A stretch of DNA of 41,731 bases, taken from assembly GCA_022821365.1 (NCBI GenBank), contig JAJEDS010000210.1, positions 1 through 41,731 on the forward strand. The letters run 5' to 3'. The stretch comes from Dehalococcoidia bacterium (GTDB taxonomy: Bacteria; Chloroflexota; Dehalococcoidia; Lucifugimonadales; UBA3495). Position 1 is the stretch's first letter. The number at the start of each line of letters is the position of its first letter. Positions 8,531 to 16,844 of the stretch are shown here, in pieces. The position numbers and the translations under genes are program-made. Below the pieces are notes generated by a model, which did no database searches, was not told the origin of the DNA, and saw only the letters and a list, made by a program, of their open reading frames with translations.

Positions 8531-9043
8531 CTAGTATTGGATCAGGGAAAACACATCGTAGGCCCCCAGGGTGTTGCGGCCGCCCAGGTCTTCCAGTTCG
8601 ATGACCAGCCCCATGGCGGCCACCTCGCCCTCGCAGGCTTCCACCAGGTGGGCCGCGGCGGCCAGGGTGCCGCCGGTGGCAAGGAGGTCGTCGATGATCA
8701 GGACCTGGTCGCCGGGCCCCACGTCGCCCAGGTGCATTTCCACGCGGCTGGAGCCGTATTCCAGGAAGTATTCGGCGGAGACCGTGTCGCCAGGCAGTTT
8801 CCCTTCCTTGCGCACCGGGACCAGGGGCTTGCCCAGGCGACAGGCCAGGGGGGCGCCGAAGATGAAACCCCGGGACTCGATGGCAACGATAATGTCGATG
8901 TCGTATTCCCGGCAACGTTCGGCCAGGAGGTCTATCGTGTGATTAAGGGCGTCGGAGTCGCGTAGCAAAGGGGTAATGTCGCGGAACAAAATCCCTGGCT
9001 GGGGGAAGTCAGGGACATCGCGGATATAGTCCTTCAAATTCAT
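8531..9043 (-). CDS. apt: adenine phosphoribosyltransferase
   Basis: FPQPGILFRDITPLL and PRPP motif VLIIDDLLATGGT. Start set at ATG 9043 (171 aa) rather than the track start 9157. Confidence 0.9.
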   Translation of the reverse strand: MNLKDYIRDVPDFPQPGILFRDITPLLRDSDALNHTIDLLAERCREYDIDIIVAIESRGFIFGAPLACRLGKPLVPVRKEGKLPGDTVSAEYFLEYGSSRVEMHLGDVGPGDQVLIIDDLLATGGTLAAAAHLVEACEGEVAAMGLVIELEDLGGRNTLGAYDVFSLIQY

Positions 9044-9363
9044 AAATTGGTGACTCGGCGGATGAGATAAGCAGGGCATTTCCCCCTTGCAAACCGGGTT
9101 CGGGAAGCGGTCGCAGAGGGCCGAGAGAAGTGTAGAATAACCCGTGGCAAGCGTCAAGGTTTGTGGGCAGCGTTTCTATTTGGGTGGCTTGGCAGAAAGA
9201 GGCGGGGGCAGACCCATGTGCCTGCTCTGGCCCCTTGGCATTACCACCTGAATTGGAACCCTACCGGTTTGGGGCAACAGTTCACAGGCAGGAGGAACAC
9301 ACCGGCCCCCGGCGCCGCCGTACCGGCTTTCGCCGGTATGACAGTTACAGGGCAGGAATTTGA

Positions 9364-9393
9364 TTGACAAGTTCCCCCGCCCATCTATATAAT
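9364..9393 (+). promoter_or_regulatory. near-consensus sigma70 promoter of the tRNA-tuf operon
   Basis: TTGACA (9364-9369), 18-nt spacer, TATAAT (9388-9393). Confidence 0.65.
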
Positions 9394-9422
9394 CTGTGCA
9401 GTATCAAGCAGGCTGGCTGAAT

Positions 9423-9447
9423 GGCCCCGAAGTTGCGGGGCCTTTTT
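9423..9447 (+). terminator. terminator-like hairpin plus T5 inside the tRNA operon leader
   Basis: GGCCCCG/CGGGGCC stem with a 6-nt loop followed by TTTTT. About 25 nt downstream of the predicted transcription start and 22 nt upstream of tRNA-Thr. Confidence 0.5.
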
Positions 9448-9468
9448 CTGGTCTGAATGAAGGTTTGT

Positions 9469-9544
9469 GCCCCTGTGGCGCAATTGGAAGCGCAGCCGAC
9501 TTGTAATCGGCAGGTTAGGGGTTCGAGTCCCCTCTGGGGCTCCA
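9469..9544 (+). tRNA. tRNA-Thr (anticodon TGT)
   Basis: Manual cloverleaf: D-arm GCGC/GCGC, anticodon arm GCCGA-CTTGTAA-TCGGC, T-arm AGGGG-TTCGAGT-CCCCT, encoded CCA. One U-U mismatch at 6:67 in the acceptor stem. Confidence 0.85.
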
Positions 9545-9617
9545 TGGAATAATATCCCCGGCCAGTTGCACCGGCGATGCGCAGGCCCGCCTCCCCAGTG
9601 GGGGCGGCCGCCGGCAG

Positions 9618-9705
9618 GGAGGGGTGGGTGAGTGGTTAAAGCCACCAGACTGTAAATCTGGCGTCCGGAAGGACTTCGCAGGTTCGAATCCTGCCCCCTC
9701 CACCA
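9618..9705 (+). tRNA. tRNA-Tyr (anticodon GTA), long variable arm
   Basis: Acceptor GGAGGGG/CCCCTCC, anticodon arm CCAGA-CTGTAAA-TCTGG, long variable arm, T-arm GCAGG-TTCGAAT-CCTGC, encoded CCA. Confidence 0.9.
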
Positions 9706-9755
9706 CCCAATTTGGTAAAATACAACCAAATCCAACATACATTTTGGGGTAACGA

Positions 9756-9830
9756 GCCCAGATAGCTCAGCGGTAGAGCACGTTCTTGGTAAGAACGGGG
9801 TCGGCGGTTCAATCCCGCCTCTGGGCTCCA
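9756..9830 (+). tRNA. tRNA-Thr (anticodon GGT)
   Basis: Perfect acceptor GCCCAGA/TCTGGGC, anticodon arm CGTTC-TTGGTAA-GAACG, T-arm GGCGG-TTCAATC-CCGCC, encoded CCA. Confidence 0.9.
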
Positions 9831-9866
9831 TCACCACCAAGGAAAAACAGGAGAGTAGGACGAGAA

Positions 9867-11051
9867 ATGGCCAAACAGCAGTTCGATCGTTCCAAGCCCC
9901 ACGTTAACGTGGGCACCATCGGTCACGTTGACCACGGGAAGACCACCCTCACCGCCGCGATCACCCGGGTGATGGCGGAGAAGGGTATGGCTAGCTTCCG
10001 GGACTTCGGCAGCATCGACAATGCGCCTGAAGAGCGGGAGCGCGGCGTAACCATTGCTATCGCCCACGTGGAATACGAGAGCGACACCCGTCACTATGCA
10101 CACGTGGACTGCCCTGGCCACGCTGACTACATCAAGAACATGATCACCGGCGCCGCCCAGATGGATGGCGCGGTCCTGGTGGTGAGCGCCCCGGACGGCC
10201 CCATGCCCCAGACCCGGGAGCACATCCTCCTGGCCCGCCAGGTGGAAGTGCCCCGCATCCTGGTCGCCCTGAACAAGGTGGACATGATGGACGACGAAGA
10301 GTTGCTGGAGCTGGTGGAACTGGAAGTCCGGGAACTGCTGAGCACCTATGACTTCCCCGGCGACGACACGCCCATCGTCCGCGTGAGCGCCCTGAACGCC
10401 ATGGAAGGCGACCCGGAAGCCATGGAAGGCGTGGCCCAACTGGTACAGGCCATGGACGACTACATTCCCATTCCCGAGCGCCTGACCGACCGCCCCTTCC
10501 TGATGCCCATTGAGGACGTGTTCGGCATCAAGGGTCGCGGCACCGTGGTTACCGGCCGGGTGGAGCGCGGTACCCTGAAGCAGGGTGAGGCAATTGAGAT
10601 AATCCGGTCCGGCGACGTGCGCCAGACGGTGGCCACCGGTCTGGAGATGTTCCACAAGCTGCTGGATACCACCGAGGCCGGCGATGCCGTGGGCATTCTG
10701 CTGCGCGGCGTGGACCGGGACGAGGTGGAGCGCGGCCAGGTGGTGGTGAAGCCCGGCTCAATGCAGCCCCACCGTCACGCCGAGGCCGAGGTGTACGTAC
10801 TGAGCCGCGAGGAGGGTGGCCGCCATACCCCCTTCTTCTCGGGCTACAAGCCCCAGTTCTACATCCGGACCAGTGACATTACCGGTGAAATTACCCTGCC
10901 CGAGGGCGTGGAAATGGTAATGCCCGGCGACAACATTACCATGACCCTGAACCTGATTACCCCTATAGCGCTGGAAGAACGGCAACGTTTTGCCATCCGC
11001 GAGGGTGGCCGCACCGTCGGCTCCGGCGTAATCACCAGGCTGCTGGACTAA
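9867..11051 (+). CDS. tuf: elongation factor Tu
   Basis: [18 protein letters not shown] and NKVD GTPase motifs. ATG 9867. The track start 9786 lies inside tRNA-Thr. Confidence 0.97.
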   Translation: MAKQQFDRSKPHVNVGTIGHVDHGKTTLTAAITRVMAEKGMASFRDFGSIDNAPEERERGVTIAIAHVEYESDTRHYAHVDCPGHADYIKNMITGAAQMDGAVLVVSAPDGPMPQTREHILLARQVEVPRILVALNKVDMMDDEELLELVELEVRELLSTYDFPGDDTPIVRVSALNAMEGDPEAMEGVAQLVQAMDDYIPIPERLTDRPFLMPIEDVFGIKGRGTVVTGRVERGTLKQGEAIEIIRSGDVRQTVATGLEMFHKLLDTTEAGDAVGILLRGVDRDEVERGQVVVKPGSMQPHRHAEAEVYVLSREEGGRHTPFFSGYKPQFYIRTSDITGEITLPEGVEMVMPGDNITMTLNLITPIALEERQRFAIREGGRTVGSGVITRLLD

Positions 11052-11095
11052 AGGCGACGCTGGCCCGCTCCGGCGGGCCAAAGGAAGAAGGTGAA

Positions 11096-11268
11096 TCATG
11101 GCTCGAAAGTCTGCTGATATCCGCGGGGTCATCACCCTCCAGTGCGGCGAGTGCCGTGAGCGCAATTACGCCACGGTAAAGAACCGCCGGAACGATACCC
11201 AGCGGATGGAACTGCGCAAGTACTGCTCCCGCTGCCGGGGACACAAGACTCACCGCGAAGTACGGTAG
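11096..11268 (+). pseudogene. rpmG: ribosomal protein L33 gene interrupted by a 2-nt insertion (apparent frameshift)
   Basis: ATG 11096 reads [22 protein letters not shown], then hits TAA at 11177-11179. The L33 C-terminal half [34 protein letters not shown] is in another frame, 11164-11268. The junction is GAGCGCGCAAT, where GAGCGCAAT would be in frame. Confidence 0.75.
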
Positions 11269-11274
11269 CCAGTC

Positions 11275-11535
11275 ATGGCGCGGGTCGGAACCCAGCAACG
11301 GAACCAGTCGCCCATAACGCCCCGCAGCGTGGGGCGGGTGAGCCCGGTACTCTTCCTCCAGGAAGTCATATCGGAACTTCGCAAGTCGGTATGGCCTTCC
11401 AAAGAAGAGACGGCGCGGCTGACCGCCATTGTGATAGCGCTGTCGGTGGCCGTGGGCTTCTTCCTGGGCGGGCTGGACCGGGTGTTTGCCGAGTTGTTCA
11501 ACCGGGGCATCTTTGCCGTGTTCCGACTGTTCTAG
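11275..11535 (+). CDS. secE: preprotein translocase subunit SecE
   Basis: ELRKSVWPSKEE motif followed by a single TM helix. Conserved position before nusG. Confidence 0.85.
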   Translation: MARVGTQQRNQSPITPRSVGRVSPVLFLQEVISELRKSVWPSKEETARLTAIVIALSVAVGFFLGGLDRVFAELFNRGIFAVFRLF

Positions 11536-11688
11536 ATAATTACATCCGGAGGGTGGAGCGAGGGAAACGCCTCTCCCGCCCTCCCGGCAGAATTGCCAGC
11601 ATCGCAGAGCAAGCCCGCCAACCGAGCGGGCTTGTAGAGTCAATGGCGTCAGCCGGTAGCCCCAAGCCTGGAGTGAGCGTGACGGCTT

Positions 11689-12273
11689 ATGACCACCGAA
11701 AGAGACAGCCTGACGGATGAGGACCAGATCCTGGACCAGCACTGGTACATTGTTCACACGTATTCCGGCCAGGAAGACCGGGTAAAGAAGAACCTGGACC
11801 TGCGGATTCAGAGCCTGGATATGCAGGACCGCATTTTCCAGGTGGTGGTGCCCACCGAGGAAGAGGTGATCTTCAAGGACGGGAAACGCAAGTCGGAGCA
11901 GCGCAAGCTCTTCCCCGGCTACATCCTGGTGCAGATGAACATGGACGACGAAAGCTGGTACGTGGTCCGGAACACGCCCGGGGTAACGGGCTTCATCTCC
12001 ACGGAGGACGACTACGACAAGCGGCCCAAGCCGGTGCCGCTGGAAGATTCCCAACTGGACTCCATCCTCAAGCAGACCGAGTCCGGGCCGCCCCGCATCA
12101 AGATTGGCCTGCAGACGGGCGACACGGTCCGCATCACCGAGGGTCCCTTCGTCGATTTCGTGGGCGCGGTGGGCGACGTGGACGAAAGCAAAGGCAAGGT
12201 GCGGGTGCTGGTTTCCTTCTTCGGCCGGGAAACGCCGGTGGAACTGGACTTTCTGCAAGTGGAACGCGCATAG
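11689..12273 (+). CDS. nusG: transcription termination/antitermination factor NusG
   Basis: WYIVHTYSGQEDRVKKNL NGN domain and C-terminal KOW (GDTVRITEGPF). Confidence 0.93.
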   Translation: MTTERDSLTDEDQILDQHWYIVHTYSGQEDRVKKNLDLRIQSLDMQDRIFQVVVPTEEEVIFKDGKRKSEQRKLFPGYILVQMNMDDESWYVVRNTPGVTGFISTEDDYDKRPKPVPLEDSQLDSILKQTESGPPRIKIGLQTGDTVRITEGPFVDFVGAVGDVDESKGKVRVLVSFFGRETPVELDFLQVERA

Positions 12274-12288
12274 ATTTAGGAGGCCCCG

Positions 12289-12717
12289 GTGGCAAAAAAG
12301 GTTAGAGCAGTAATCAAGTTGCAGCTGGAAGCGGGCAAGGCCACGCCCGCGCCCCCCGTGGGCCCGGCTCTGGGTCAGCACGGCGTCAACATTATGGGGT
12401 TCGTCAAGGAGTACAACGAACGGACTTCCTCCCAGGCAGGCACGATAGTACCCGTGCATTTGACGGTCTTCGAGGACCGTTCCTTCACTTTCGTAACCCG
12501 CACTCCCCCGGCTTCGGACCTGCTGCGGCGGGCCGCCGGCGTGGAGAAGGGGGCGATGGATTCCCGGCAGGGAGGGGCAGGCACCATCAGCCGGGACGCC
12601 CTCAGGGAGATTGCCGAAACCAAGCTTAAGGACCTGAACGCCAACTCGGTAGAACAGGCTATGTCCATCATCGAAGGCACCGCTCGCAGCATGGGCATCA
12701 GCGTGGAAGGGGATTAG
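12289..12717 (+). CDS. rplK: 50S ribosomal protein L11
   Basis: [30 protein letters not shown] start after TAGGAGG. Confidence 0.95.
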   Translation: MAKKVRAVIKLQLEAGKATPAPPVGPALGQHGVNIMGFVKEYNERTSSQAGTIVPVHLTVFEDRSFTFVTRTPPASDLLRRAAGVEKGAMDSRQGGAGTISRDALREIAETKLKDLNANSVEQAMSIIEGTARSMGISVEGD

Positions 12718-12722
12718 CAGAT

Positions 12723-13436
12723 ATGCCCAAGCACAGCAGAAGATACGCGGCAGTGGCCGAACGGGTGGAGCCGGACAAGCAGTACCAACCCCGGGAAGCC
12801 ATAGAACTCATGAAGGAGTTGGCCAGCACCAAGTTTGACGAAACCATGGAAATCCACGTCCGCACCAGCGCCGACCCGCGGCATGCTGACCAGATGGTGC
12901 GGGAAGTTACGGTACTTCCCCACGGGCTGGGCAAACAGGTGCGGGTGCTGGTGTTCACCAGCGGCGAGGGCGCCGACATCGCCCGGCAGGCCGGGGCCGA
13001 TTACGTGGGCGACGACGACCTGATCGCCCAGATTGAGGGCGGCTGGCTGGAGTTCGAGGTCGGGCTGGCAACCCCGGAGATTATGCCCAAGATCGGCAAG
13101 CTGGGCCGCATCCTGGGTCGCCGGGGCCTGATGCCCAACCCCAGGACGGGAACCATGGTGCAGCCCCGGGACCTGGGCCGGGTTATCGAGGAGTCCAAGG
13201 CCGGCCGCGTGGAATACCGCACGGACCGGACGGCGATTATCCATTGCGCCTTCGGCAAGGCCAGCTTCGACACCGACCGGCTGCTGGAAAACCTGGCAGT
13301 GCTGATGGATTCCATCGTCCGGGCCCGCCCGGCTGCGGTCAAGGGTTCGTTCCTGCGTTCCGCTTATATTACGTCATCCATGGGGCCCAGCATTCCGCTG
13401 GACCTGACCGCCCTGCAGGCCCTGCGACCGGAGTAG
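12723..13436 (+). CDS. rplA: 50S ribosomal protein L1
   Basis: 237 aa. FDETMEIHVRT...LPHGLGK pattern, conserved position after rplK. Confidence 0.95.
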   Translation: MPKHSRRYAAVAERVEPDKQYQPREAIELMKELASTKFDETMEIHVRTSADPRHADQMVREVTVLPHGLGKQVRVLVFTSGEGADIARQAGADYVGDDDLIAQIEGGWLEFEVGLATPEIMPKIGKLGRILGRRGLMPNPRTGTMVQPRDLGRVIEESKAGRVEYRTDRTAIIHCAFGKASFDTDRLLENLAVLMDSIVRARPAAVKGSFLRSAYITSSMGPSIPLDLTALQALRPE

Positions 13437-13690
13437 TTTTCCGGGCGGATTCGTGGTAGTCTGTCAGTAATCCATCGACCATTTGAGGTTTGCACAAGGT
13501 AACAGGATAAGTATCCAAGACAGCAACAACCCAATAACGCTGTAGACCGCCGGTCTCCCAGGGGGGAGCCAAGGGCCCAGTACCATATCTTGATGTGGCG
13601 GGCCGCCTGCCGAGGCGCACTAACCGGGTTTTTCGACATGATTTGCCGATTTTCCCTGCGTCTCGACTATAGGCGCAGGGATTTTTATTT
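13437..13690 (+). promoter_or_regulatory. structured non-coding leader ending in a strong intrinsic terminator (candidate L10-type ribosomal leader/attenuator)
   Basis: About 250 nt without a credible ORF between rplA and the rplJL genes. Ends with stem CCCTGCG/CGCAGGG (13654-13680) followed by ATTTTTATTT. Assignment to the L10 leader class is positional only. Confidence 0.35.
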
Positions 13691-13693
13691 AAC

Positions 13694-14014
13694 ATGGCCG
13701 AGGGAAACAGAAAGGAACCCTTACTGCCTTTTATCACCGAAAAGCGATGGAACATAGTTACCCTGGGCCGCTGGATCGGGATTGTCGTTGTGGTGGCCGC
13801 CCTGGTCATAAATGTTCATGAGTCCTTTTGGGCCACCCGGGAAGTGGTGGAGCTAACATTTCAGCGAAAGCTTGCGTTTTTTGGGGGCGGCTTCATTGCT
13901 ACAGGGTCCCTTGGAGTAATAATTTACCTGCTTGCTGAAATAATCGCCCGCTTAACTTGGAGCGACGATGCCGAAGAAGCTGCCAACAGCGGTAGCCAGG
14001 ATGGAACAACGTAA
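13694..14014 (+). CDS. small two-TM membrane protein inserted between rplA and rplJ
   Basis: 106 aa with two clear hydrophobic helices (WIGIVVVVAALVINV, FFGGGFIATGSLGVIIYLLAEII). AT-richer than its neighbours. No obvious SD, and the ATG follows the terminator T-run directly. Confidence 0.45.
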   Translation: MAEGNRKEPLLPFITEKRWNIVTLGRWIGIVVVVAALVINVHESFWATREVVELTFQRKLAFFGGGFIATGSLGVIIYLLAEIIARLTWSDDAEEAANSGSQDGTT

Positions 14015-14091
14015 AGAGATTATAGACGAGCAGGTGTAAGTACATTCGCCCGCTTCGCCGACGCAACCACTACGATATAAGGAGGTAAGAT

Positions 14092-14631
14092 TTGCCCACA
14101 CAGGCCAAAATAGACCGGGTGGCCGAACTGAAGGAGAAGATGGAACAATGTTCCATCGCCCTGACCGCCGGCTATTCCGGAATTCCCGTCAACGATATGA
14201 CCGACCTGCGGCGCCGGATGCGCGATGCCGGGGTGGAGTTTATCGTGGTCAAGAACACCCTGGTCAACCTGGCGGCTCAGGAAGCCAACGTGCCCCAGTT
14301 CAGCGAAATCGTCGAGGGGCCCACGGCCATCGCCTTCGGTTACGACGACCCGGTGGATACGGCCAAGGCCGTCAATGACTACATTCGCGCCACCAGGTCG
14401 CCGCTGGCCATCCACGGGGCCATCCTGGGGACGGGGCCCACGCTGCCCCGCAGCGAGGTGGAGCGGCTGGCCAGCCTGCCCCCCAAGCCCCAGATGGTGG
14501 CCAACCTGCTGGGCCAGATCCAGTCCCCCATCTCCAGGCTGCTGGGCGTTCTCAACGGTCCGCTGCAGAACCTGGGCGGGCTGCTGCAGGCCCGGATCAA
14601 CCAGCTGGAAGAGGGCGCCGAAACGGCGTAA
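14092..14631 (+). CDS. rplJ: 50S ribosomal protein L10
   Basis: TTG start 6 nt after AAGGAGG. The L10 call rests on size (179 aa), a general L10-like N-terminal region and the conserved position directly upstream of rplL. Confidence 0.93.
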   Translation: MPTQAKIDRVAELKEKMEQCSIALTAGYSGIPVNDMTDLRRRMRDAGVEFIVVKNTLVNLAAQEANVPQFSEIVEGPTAIAFGYDDPVDTAKAVNDYIRATRSPLAIHGAILGTGPTLPRSEVERLASLPPKPQMVANLLGQIQSPISRLLGVLNGPLQNLGGLLQARINQLEEGAETA

Positions 14632-14723
14632 CGCGGCGCCAAAAGATCCCTCACCCGGGTTCTCTTACTATTGGTTGAAATTGAAAGCAATCGCAATACC
14701 GGAACAAGAAAGAAGGAGGCCAA

Positions 14724-15110
14724 ATGGCTACTAAGGAAGAACTGCTGGAAACCATCAAAAGCATGAGCGTACTGGAACTGGCCGACCTGGTTAAGGCCCT
14801 GGAAGAAGAGTTCGGCATCACCGCCGCCGCGCCCATGGCCGTTGCCGTAGCCCCCGCCGGCGATGCCTCCGCTCCGGCCGCCGCAGCTGAGGAGGAGCAG
14901 ACCGAGTTTGACGTAACCCTGCAGGACATTGGTCCCAACAAGATTAACGTCATCAAGGCCGTGCGCGAGGTTACCTCCCTGGGCCTGCGGGAAGCCAAGG
15001 AACTGGTGGAGTCTGCCCCGGCCCGGGTCAAGGAAGCCGTAGCCAAGGACGAGGCCGAAGGCATCAAGGCCAAGCTGGAGGAGGCAGGAGCCGTCGCCGA
15101 AGTGAAGTAG
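14724..15110 (+). CDS. rplL: 50S ribosomal protein L7/L12
   Basis: Ala-rich hinge plus [24 protein letters not shown]. Confidence 0.96.
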   Translation: MATKEELLETIKSMSVLELADLVKALEEEFGITAAAPMAVAVAPAGDASAPAAAAEEEQTEFDVTLQDIGPNKINVIKAVREVTSLGLREAKELVESAPARVKEAVAKDEAEGIKAKLEEAGAVAEVK

Positions 15111-15182
15111 TCCTGGGGCTTTACAGTCCGGTTACAATCAGCACAATTTAACCCGGCCCGGCCCGCCGTAAGGGAGGATGCC

Positions 15183-15407
15183 ATGAGCCGTCGCAAAGAC
15201 CGGGAACGATTCCAGCGGATGAAGGAGCAGAACCCCGACTACGTGGGGTTCCGGGGCGCCGACACTGCGGTGGCAGCGCCGCCGACACCGCCACCTGCAC
15301 TGGAGTCGATAACCTGCTCGGTCTGTCAGCGACGGCGGAATGTGCCTGTAGATACCCTGCCGGAGGACCGGGCCGAGTACGTTTGCCTGCGGTGCCAGGA
15401 CGGCTGA
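15183..15407 (+). CDS. small zinc-ribbon protein
   Basis: 74 aa. CSVC...(19)...CLRC four-Cys ribbon. GGGAGG upstream of the ATG. Confidence 0.5.
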   Translation: MSRRKDRERFQRMKEQNPDYVGFRGADTAVAAPPTPPPALESITCSVCQRRRNVPVDTLPEDRAEYVCLRCQDG

Positions 15408-15544
15408 CCGCAGGTGGCGAATACCTCGGATAACTACTGACAGTTGGGGCAAGACAGTTCAAGGAAGCGCCGGCTAGACTACTCTTGAATCGTGAAAACT
15501 GCGCGACGGTTCCAGCAATCACGACAAGAGGGGTAATCCGCCAG

Positions 15545-15946
15545 ATGCCGGATAGCAACCGAAACCGTAGGGAGAGTATGTGGAGCCTCAGCACACTCTC
15601 TCTGACTCGATACTATGTGACCTTCGCAGTCCTGTTTGTCCTGGTCACCGTCCTCTACCTGTGGCGGGGTTTTGCCAATGCTCCGCCGGGAACGCACATA
15701 GTCGACACCGCTCTGGCAGCCCTGAAGGAAGCCTCATCCCTGACGCTGTGGCTGATCGTATTCACATACTACCTGGTGGAGGGTTTTTCCATGCTTGCTG
15801 AGAGATACTTGAAGCTCCGGTATGCCAAAGGGCGAGAAGACGAAAGACAAGAGTGGCAGTCGTGGAACCAGCGCAGGGAGGAAGCCCTACGACAGGGAAA
15901 GGAATTCACTGAGCCTCCGCCGGGCGAAAAGACTCACGGAAAATAG
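15545..15946 (+). CDS. two-TM membrane protein with charged C-terminal WNQR..EFTEPPPG module
   Basis: Track ORF 15485..15946. ATG 15545 or 15578 is more plausible as the start. Has TM helices and a tail motif shared with the next ORF. Confidence 0.5.
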   Translation: MPDSNRNRRESMWSLSTLSLTRYYVTFAVLFVLVTVLYLWRGFANAPPGTHIVDTALAALKEASSLTLWLIVFTYYLVEGFSMLAERYLKLRYAKGREDERQEWQSWNQRREEALRQGKEFTEPPPGEKTHGK

Positions 15947-15967
15947 TCTTACTTTAAGACCTTGAAC

Positions 15968-16264
15968 ATGTCCCCTGAGTTTCCAATAAACCAACTGCTC
16001 AGGTCATGCTTTATGCCAATAGAAATCATCCTGATAACCCGCCACTGCGATAACAGCCAGTTCGGTGGCAAGAGAGGCTTCCGAGAAGGATACCGCGAAG
16101 GCTTTCGGATCGGACGTCAAGAGGAGCAGGCACGGTGGATGGCCTGGAATCAGAGGCTGGAAGAAGCCTTTAGGGAAGGCAGGGAGTTTACTGAACCACC
16201 ACCGGGGAAAATCGAGAAGGTCGAAAAGCGGTCCTTCATCAGCGCCCTTTTTCACCTCCGGTAG
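15968..16264 (+). CDS. hypothetical protein sharing the WNQR..EFTEPPPG module (partial paralog of the preceding gene)
   Basis: QARWMAWNQRLEEAFREGREFTEPPPGK compares with QEWQSWNQRREEALRQGKEFTEPPPGE upstream. The peptide is conserved while many third-codon positions differ. No TM helix. Confidence 0.4.
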   Translation: MSPEFPINQLLRSCFMPIEIILITRHCDNSQFGGKRGFREGYREGFRIGRQEEQARWMAWNQRLEEAFREGREFTEPPPGKIEKVEKRSFISALFHLR

Positions 16265-16312
16265 GCAGTTGCTGGGCTATCTCCTGAAGGTTCACTGACA
16301 GTCCGGCAAGTC

Positions 16313-16636
16313 TCACACCACCGTCATTTCTTCCACGGAAAAGAAGGGCTTGTCCCAGTCCGGGTCCGGTTCGTTCATCAGCCTGCGGGTGTGCAGGCGG
16401 CAGGCCCGGATCCATAGCTGCAGGACGTTGTTGTTGATTATCCCCTGGGGCAGCCGGCGACCGTAGGTCATGAGAATCCACTGGGAGTGGCCCGTGCCAA
16501 GGAACTCCTCCATGAACGCGGTGGGCTCCGCCTCGGCGGCGCAGGCTTCCAGGATTTCGTCGGGGGCATCGGAACATAGCAATTCCGGGTTTTCCGCCGC
16601 GAAGTCTATGTAGTATTCTTCCCGCTCCCTGTCCAT
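16313..16636 (-). CDS. hypothetical protein
   Basis: 107-aa ORF with ordinary composition. No motif recognised. Confidence 0.4.
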   Translation of the reverse strand: MDREREEYYIDFAAENPELLCSDAPDEILEACAAEAEPTAFMEEFLGTGHSQWILMTYGRRLPQGIINNNVLQLWIRACRLHTRRLMNEPDPDWDKPFFSVEEMTVV

Positions 16637-16775
16637 CAGTCCTTATCCCTTTCCTTCTATCGCCTGACAACGGCTGGCATGACGGCGTTTACGCTCGTGC
16701 CGGGTGAGCCATTCTACCCTGCCCGCCACTATCAAAAACAGGCTTGCGCCATTTTCTCGTATCCGACCAAAGAGA

Positions 16776-16800
16776 AGGGGCGGATTGAAAACCCGCCCCT
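16776..16800. terminator. GC-rich REP-like hairpin AGGGGCGGATTGAAAACCCGCCCCT downstream of the NHL gene
   Basis: Near-perfect inverted repeat. Related copy at 24832-24855. Confidence 0.5.
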
Positions 16801-16844
16801 GTCCGTTCTCCACTGTCCCCGATTAAGGGAACCGGTCCACCGGG

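Noticed and set aside
9161-9545. Short ORFs 9161..9367, 9163..9363, 9176..9370, 9345..9545 and 9385..9840
   Set aside because: They cover REP-like hairpins, the promoter and the tRNA genes themselves. They are not coding.
9786-9866. N-terminal extensions offered by the ORF track: tuf from 9786, apt to 9157, DLH to 7436, glyA from 27156, NHL to 18041, DUF502 from 37073, folE from 34037, VapB-like to 22461
   Set aside because: The extensions overlap tRNA or upstream genes, or add non-homologous residues. Internal starts with RBS give canonical family N-termini.
11032-12459. 475-aa minus-strand ORF antisense to rpmG-secE-nusG-rplK. Similar long shadow ORFs occur at 20167..21501 (+), 27138..28544 (-), 32508..33848 (-), 34551..35774 (-), 35744..36787 (-), 39212..40222 (+), 7623..8444 (+), 6315..7193 (+), 23109..24026 (+) and 24861..25613 (-)
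   Set aside because: Each lies antisense to or out of frame with a gene that has clear family motifs. Their translations are Arg/Gly/Pro/His/Val-rich low-complexity strings, typical of open frames in GC-rich DNA.
15111-15182. Expected rho-independent terminator right after rplL
   Set aside because: No convincing stem plus T-run is seen in the 72-nt spacer, so read-through into the zinc-ribbon ORF is possible.
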